Positions 59,854-64,000 of a stretch of 64,000 bases of DNA are shown in pieces. Numbering within the stretch: position 1 is the first letter of the stretch; every line of letters starts with the position of its first letter. Source of the stretch: Candidatus Omnitrophota bacterium (GTDB lineage Bacteria > Omnitrophota > Gorgyraeia > Tantalellales > Tantalellaceae); the NCBI GenBank assembly GCA_015231405.1, contig JADGBR010000001.1:283964-347963 (forward strand), written 5' to 3'. The notes under the pieces are model-generated. The model made no database searches, was not told the origin of the DNA, and saw nothing but the letters and a program-made list of their open reading frames with translations. A program made the translations under genes and the position numbers.

Positions 59854-60564
59854 ATGTCCGAATATAAGGAAGAGATCAAAAAGCTCGTGTCGCTACAGGA
59901 TGTTGATTCCCGTATTTTCGAAATTATGACCGAGAAAGAAACACTTCCTGCTAAAATCAAAAAGATCAAAGCCGACCTTGAGACTAAAAAACAAGCTCTC
60001 AACGCCGCGGAGGACAAATACAAAAAAGTCCAGGTCGCTAAGAACGAAGCCGAGAATTCGTTGTTATCCGCCGAAACAAAAATAAAGAAACACGAAGGCG
60101 AGCTAGCCCTTATAAAGACCAATAAAGAGTATTCCGCGATGATAGAGCAGATAGCGGGTTTAAAGGCCGACGTCTCGAAAATTGAGGAAAAGATACTCAC
60201 CCTATTTGACGATATCGAGTCGGCCCTAAAACTGGTCAATAGCGAGAAGTCGCTCTTCCAGAACGAACAGAAAAGCTCCGAGCAGGTCATTTCCGGGATA
60301 ACCTCCAGGGAAAAGGAGCTGGATACGCAGCTATCCGCTATGAATGCGGATAGAGACCGGTTAAAAGCCGGGATCGACAGGCAGTTCCTTGCACGTTACG
60401 AGCAAATACTGAAAAGCCGCGGGAAATGCGCTTTATCACGGATACTCGAGGATATGTGCAGCGAATGTAACCTTCAGCTGCGTCCACAGCTTATCAACGA
60501 GGTCAAGCTCAAACTCAGGGTGGTTACCTGCGACAACTGTTCCCGTATGCTTTATGAGGAATAA
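59854..60564 (+). CDS. COG1579-type coiled-coil protein with C-terminal C4 zinc ribbon
   Basis: Long heptad-rich coiled coil, then CSECNLQL...CDNCSRMLY. Confidence 0.7.
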   Translation: MSEYKEEIKKLVSLQDVDSRIFEIMTEKETLPAKIKKIKADLETKKQALNAAEDKYKKVQVAKNEAENSLLSAETKIKKHEGELALIKTNKEYSAMIEQIAGLKADVSKIEEKILTLFDDIESALKLVNSEKSLFQNEQKSSEQVISGITSREKELDTQLSAMNADRDRLKAGIDRQFLARYEQILKSRGKCALSRILEDMCSECNLQLRPQLINEVKLKLRVVTCDNCSRMLYEE

Positions 60565-60614
60565 AGCGGAAAGAGCCCCGCGCTAAATTAAGTTCTCAAA
60601 ATCTCAGCGAATTT

Positions 60615-61049
60615 ATGAAAGCCGTTAAGCACGATAGTGTTACAATATTCACTGATGGAGGATCGCGCGGCAACCCCGGGAGATCGGCGCTGGGCTTTGT
60701 CATTAAAAACGATAAAAATGAGACCATCGACGAATTCGGCAAATATATCGGCGAAACGACGAACAATGTCGCTGAATATATGGCTGTAATTTATGCGCTT
60801 CAAAGAGCCCTCAGCATCGGCGTTAAAAATGCGGTCATAAAAACAGACAGCCAGCTTGTCGCGAGGCAGATAAAAGGCGAATATAGGGTCAAAGAAAAAC
60901 AGATCGCTTTATTCCATGGTATCGTGAACGACCTGGCCGGGTATTTCGAGAAGATCGACATAGTCGAGATCCCAAGGGAAGCTAATAAAGAAGCCGACAG
61001 GCTGGTAAATAAGGAACTTGATAAAACTATATCTGAAAGTCTTTTTTAG
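60615..61049 (+). CDS. rnhA: Ribonuclease H (type 1 RNase H fold)
   Basis: DEDD-type active-site pattern: TDGGSRGNPG (D), NNVAEYMAVIYAL (E), KTDSQ (D) and EANKEAD (D). Confidence 0.75.
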   Translation: MKAVKHDSVTIFTDGGSRGNPGRSALGFVIKNDKNETIDEFGKYIGETTNNVAEYMAVIYALQRALSIGVKNAVIKTDSQLVARQIKGEYRVKEKQIALFHGIVNDLAGYFEKIDIVEIPREANKEADRLVNKELDKTISESLF

Positions 61050-61056
61050 CTCATTG

Positions 61057-61514
61057 ACAGCGGATCGGGCGATCGCCACGCCGAGAGATCGGCGTGGAGG
61101 AAAGTCCGGGCTCCCCATAGCGGCGTAGCGGGTAACCCCCGCCCATCGTGAGATGAGGATCAGAGCAACAGAGACGAGTCTGCTTCGCCCTTCAACTTGT
61201 AGGGTGAGTTAGGGCTTCCGAGGACCAAGGTCTGCTGGCGAGAAGCGGGTCTGCTTGCGAGTAAGCAGAGCTTAGCACCTCAGAAGCCTTACCTCTATTT
61301 CTTGTTGGAGGGCGAAGCAGGGTGAAACGGGCAATCTCTACGCGGAGCAAGACCAAATAGGGGGGGAATATACGGCTAGTCCGTATGAACGGGACTGCTA
61401 GTCCCGTCACTACTTCCGGGTAGGTCGCTTGAATCCACCAGTAATGATGGATCTAGATGGATGATCGCCGAGAATATTTATTATTCTCACAGAACCCGGC
61501 TTATAGATCCGCTT
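61057..61514 (+). ncRNA. rnpB: RNase P RNA (bacterial type A), about 458 nt with an enlarged internal stem-loop
   Basis: P4 strands GGAGGAAAGTCCGGGCTCC (61097-61115) and ACAGAACCCGGCTTA (61490-61504). GGAGCAAGACCAAATAGGGG present. P1 AGCGGATC/GATCCGCT, P2 GGCGATC/GATCGCC, P3 hairpin CACGCCGA-GAGA-TCGGCGTG. The spurious ORF 61192-61410(-) lies inside it. Confidence 0.85.
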
Positions 61515-61520
61515 TCAATG

Positions 61521-61552
61521 GGTTTTTAAACTATGAGTTGTTTAAAAACCCG
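61521..61552 (+). other. Perfect 12-bp stem hairpin GGGTTTTTAAAC-N8-GTTTAAAAACCC immediately 3' of rnpB
   Basis: Seen in the sequence. There is no U-tract after it, so a processing or protective hairpin is as likely as a terminator. Confidence 0.5.
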
Positions 61553-61887
61553 GATAGACCGGCACATAATTAAAATGCGGTAGAATTAAGCTGCTTTTAA
61601 AGACATTTGCCCCCTATGCAATACATCTTATTGGCTCGCCGACGTTACCGGTAAAAAAAAGACGAGCGGCTTCAGCAAAAGTTTAGCCGGAAAATATCCG
61701 GGTAACCTGTTGACGCCGATCGAAAAGTTAAGTTATGATAAATTCCATGAAAGGTATAAGTTCCGTCAAACCTTGCTTACGCGCTTGAAGAGCCGGACCA
61801 GAAGGAAATGGGCAAAGAAGGATATACTCGGATTTACCTTCTTTTCCCTGAACAATTGATAATAATATATCCAACAAAAAGGCTGGA

Positions 61888-62766
61888 ATGAGGACTTATC
61901 CGGAATGTTTGATATGTTTTGAGAGACAGGCCCGAGACGCGTCTCGCCTGGCAGGGCTTGAAAGCTCTAAAATAGACATTATCCTCCGGGAAGTAACAGA
62001 ACTGCTTACCAGGGTAGACCCGCGCCTTTTACCTCCTGAGATCGCCAGGAGCGTTTACGGGTTGATCGATAAACACAGCGGGATCAACGACGTTTATAAA
62101 GAACTTAAGAAAAAAAGCAACAAACTTGCCATGTCGTTATATGATGAGCTTATCAGGAAAATAGACATGGCCGAAGACAAGATACTTATGGGCATTCGCA
62201 TGGCTGTAGCCGGCAATGTGATCGATTACGGTCTTCCGCACGTTTTTGACGTTAAAAAAGAGCTCGATGAATGCGTGGGGAAGGATTTTGCTGTTTTTGA
62301 TTATGAGGATTTCAGGCGAGTTTACGAGCCGTCCAAAAAGATACTGTACATTCTCGATAATGCCGGTGAGATCGTGTTCGATAAGATGCTCATTTCTCTC
62401 ATGAATAAGCATGTCACCGCCGCTGTGAGGGAAAGACCCATAATAAACGATGTTACGATCGAAGACGCGAAGGAAATAGGTCTTGAGAGGATCTCACGCG
62501 TTATATCGAGCGGCTCCGGTATGCCCGGCACGATACTCGCGCAATCGTCCGAAGAGTTTAAAAAATGTTACAGGGAATCGGATATGGTCATCAGTAAAGG
62601 CCAGGGAAATTATGAAACATTCTCTGGTAACGAGAGCGCGGCTATAAAAAGCGATATTAAACCGGTTTTCTTTCTTTTTAAGGCGAAATGCCCGGTCGTA
62701 GCCCGCCACGCCGGATGCGAACTTGGGGATATCGTATTGAAGTATGAAGATAAAAAATTACGATAA
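61888..62766 (+). CDS. DUF89-family protein (ARMT1-like damage-control phosphatase family, CxxC subfamily)
   Basis: N-terminal CLICFERQA, INDVYKELK, and the DNAGEIVFDK (DNxGxE) motif typical of DUF89. Confidence 0.6.
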   Translation: MRTYPECLICFERQARDASRLAGLESSKIDIILREVTELLTRVDPRLLPPEIARSVYGLIDKHSGINDVYKELKKKSNKLAMSLYDELIRKIDMAEDKILMGIRMAVAGNVIDYGLPHVFDVKKELDECVGKDFAVFDYEDFRRVYEPSKKILYILDNAGEIVFDKMLISLMNKHVTAAVRERPIINDVTIEDAKEIGLERISRVISSGSGMPGTILAQSSEEFKKCYRESDMVISKGQGNYETFSGNESAAIKSDIKPVFFLFKAKCPVVARHAGCELGDIVLKYEDKKLR

Positions 62767-62776
62767 GCTATTAAAA

Positions 62777-64000
62777 ATGGGCTACGTCGATGAGTTCAAT
62801 TCCGCCCAGGCGCCCCTTGTGAAGAACCGCATATATCTTTTCGGTTTTCTCGCAGTAGCTATATACACACTCTCTTCCTTGATGAGTAATATCCTTATGC
62901 CTGGCGGTTTCCATAAAGATGAGATCCCAGTGATAACAATTCTCCTTTTCGGTACTCTCATTCTACTTCTGGTGAATAGAGCTGTAAATACCCTTAAAGG
63001 CTCGAAGGTCACGGGCTATGCGCTGACATTGCTCCTCGTATTTATCCTGACAAGGCTCAATATAATCTATCATGCCCAGATACATTACAATATTACGGCG
63101 TATCTACTGATGCTTTTCCTCGTATCGTTCTCGATACCGTGGAAGCCTTCAAATATCTTTGTGGTCTGGTATTTTCATCTTGGCGCCTTTATGTACCTTT
63201 ACGCTTATGTCAGTTCGAACCTGCCGGAATACTCGCGTGTGTATTTTACGGAGGAGGATTTCTATTCGGGTCTCATCTTGATGACGCTCGGCTTTGTGCA
63301 ATGCTATGTCATAAGAAAAAAGGAATACGAGAGGGATATCGAGAATTTTCTTTTGTTCAAGGACGTTGAGACCAAGAACGCGCAGATGAATAGCGAGCTT
63401 GACCTTGCGACAAGGGTGCATATGACCCTTATCCCGCGTTCCCTCTCGGACGCTTTGGTCGATGTGACCGTCACTTATTATCCTGTCGACGGCATGGGCG
63501 GGGATTACGCCAAATTCGAGTATATCGACGATAAAAGATTATTATTCTTCATCTGTGACGTTACGGGACATGGCGTTCCCGCCGCGCTCTTGGTTAACAG
63601 GGTACATGCTGAATTCTATAATTTCGCCAGGAACGGGACGGGTCCCGCGGAGCTGCTTTCCGGGATAAATCGTTTCATTCTTAAAGATTTCGAGGGGACG
63701 GAGATGTACCTCACCGCTTTCTCATGTGTTCTTGATCTTGAAAAGCGTTCCATGGTGTACGCTAACTGCGGACATCCATCGCAGTATCTGTACAGCACAA
63801 AAGACTCAAGGGCACTCGAGCTAACGCCGATGTCCACGATGCTCGGTATATCTTTTGCCGACAACTCCGTAGAGGAGGGCCGACTTGGTATCAGCCGGGG
63901 AGATAAAATAGTGTTATTCACGGACGGGTTGCTCGAGACGACCGACGCGACGGGAGAACCTTACGAGTCACTGAGGATAATAAAATTCATTGAGAACAAC
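62777..64000 (+). CDS. Membrane-anchored PP2C/SpoIIE-type serine phosphatase (RsbU-like); 3' end outside the window
   Basis: 408 codons open in this frame to the window edge (checked codon by codon). About 6 TM helices, then PP2C motifs (GGDYAKFEY, FFICDVTGHGVPAALL, LFTDGLLE). Not in the ORF track because it has no stop. Confidence 0.7.
   Translation, partial: MGYVDEFNSAQAPLVKNRIYLFGFLAVAIYTLSSLMSNILMPGGFHKDEIPVITILLFGTLILLLVNRAVNTLKGSKVTGYALTLLLVFILTRLNIIYHAQIHYNITAYLLMLFLVSFSIPWKPSNIFVVWYFHLGAFMYLYAYVSSNLPEYSRVYFTEEDFYSGLILMTLGFVQCYVIRKKEYERDIENFLLFKDVETKNAQMNSELDLATRVHMTLIPRSLSDALVDVTVTYYPVDGMGGDYAKFEYIDDKRLLFFICDVTGHGVPAALLVNRVHAEFYNFARNGTGPAELLSGINRFILKDFEGTEMYLTAFSCVLDLEKRSMVYANCGHPSQYLYSTKDSRALELTPMSTMLGISFADNSVEEGRLGISRGDKIVLFTDGLLETTDATGEPYESLRIIKFIENN

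Noticed and set aside
61192-61410. 72-aa minus-strand ORF
   Set aside because: Falls inside the RNase P RNA gene.
63139-63369. 76-aa plus-strand ORF and the neighbouring minus-strand ORFs 62782-63012, 63149-63421 and 63616-63921
   Set aside because: All overlap the 408-codon open frame (62777 to the window end) that encodes a membrane-anchored PP2C phosphatase with clear motifs. The short ORFs are in other frames.

Overview
This 64 kb window is a bacterial chromosomal segment of mid GC content, densely packed with housekeeping genes. Almost every gene is on the + strand; the single exception is an XRE/cupin regulator at 22085-22630. I can support about 70 protein genes, three tRNAs (Ala-CGC, a CAT-anticodon tRNA, Val-CAC) and an RNase P RNA. 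Layout, 5' to 3': (1) infB (5' partial), trpS, scpA, scpB. (2) An aromatic amino-acid cluster: chorismate mutase/prephenate dehydratase, a HisC-like aminotransferase, a type I-beta DAHP synthase, and prephenate dehydrogenase. (3) cmk, plsC, rpsA, rpsO, pnp, dut, ftsK, a RodZ-like gene, rimO, pgsA, pgpA. (4) An AT-flanked signalling insert at 20.3-26.9 kb: two paralogous Xis-like HTH genes, a GAF-HD-GYP phosphodiesterase, the divergent XRE-cupin regulator, a PilZ-like/class-I methyltransferase fusion, a 7TM-GAF histidine kinase and an orphan receiver. (5) uvrA, a CBS protein, a large TPR protein, then ExbB/ExbD/TonB-like genes plus two small genes. (6) tRNA-Ala, then a thiol-redox and oxygen/ROS-detoxification island: ccdA, a TlpA-like thioredoxin, Rrf2, NifS, NifU, a rubredoxin gene missing from the ORF track, ferritin, a flavin-reductase-rubredoxin (Hrb-like) gene, a flavodiiron protein, desulfoferrodoxin, rubrerythrin, a glutaredoxin-like gene and thioredoxin reductase. 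(7) An Ogg-type glycosylase, a COG0701 permease, an unknown protein, a Memo-AMMECR1 fusion, rsmE, mtaB, a CvpA-like gene, nif3, dnaG, rpoD, ridA, a FAH-family hydrolase and dtd. (8) A compact two-gene AbrB/MazE-like module with a consensus promoter and operator palindrome, a probably PPi-dependent phosphofructokinase, a PPC/DUF296 gene, two tRNAs, a COG1579 zinc-ribbon gene, rnhA with rnpB immediately downstream, a DUF89 gene and a 3'-truncated membrane-anchored PP2C phosphatase. I see no integrase, transposase, CRISPR array or restriction-modification genes. The best candidates for something undescribed are the HD-GYP/PilZ-methyltransferase/kinase signalling insert with duplicated Xis-like HTH genes (20.3-26.9 kb), the AbrB-like + 62-aa overlapping gene pair at 57.2-57.7 kb (a possible novel toxin-antitoxin-like module), and the Memo-AMMECR1 fusion that lacks its usual radical-SAM partner. 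All calls rest on manual motif and domain recognition; no database searches were possible.
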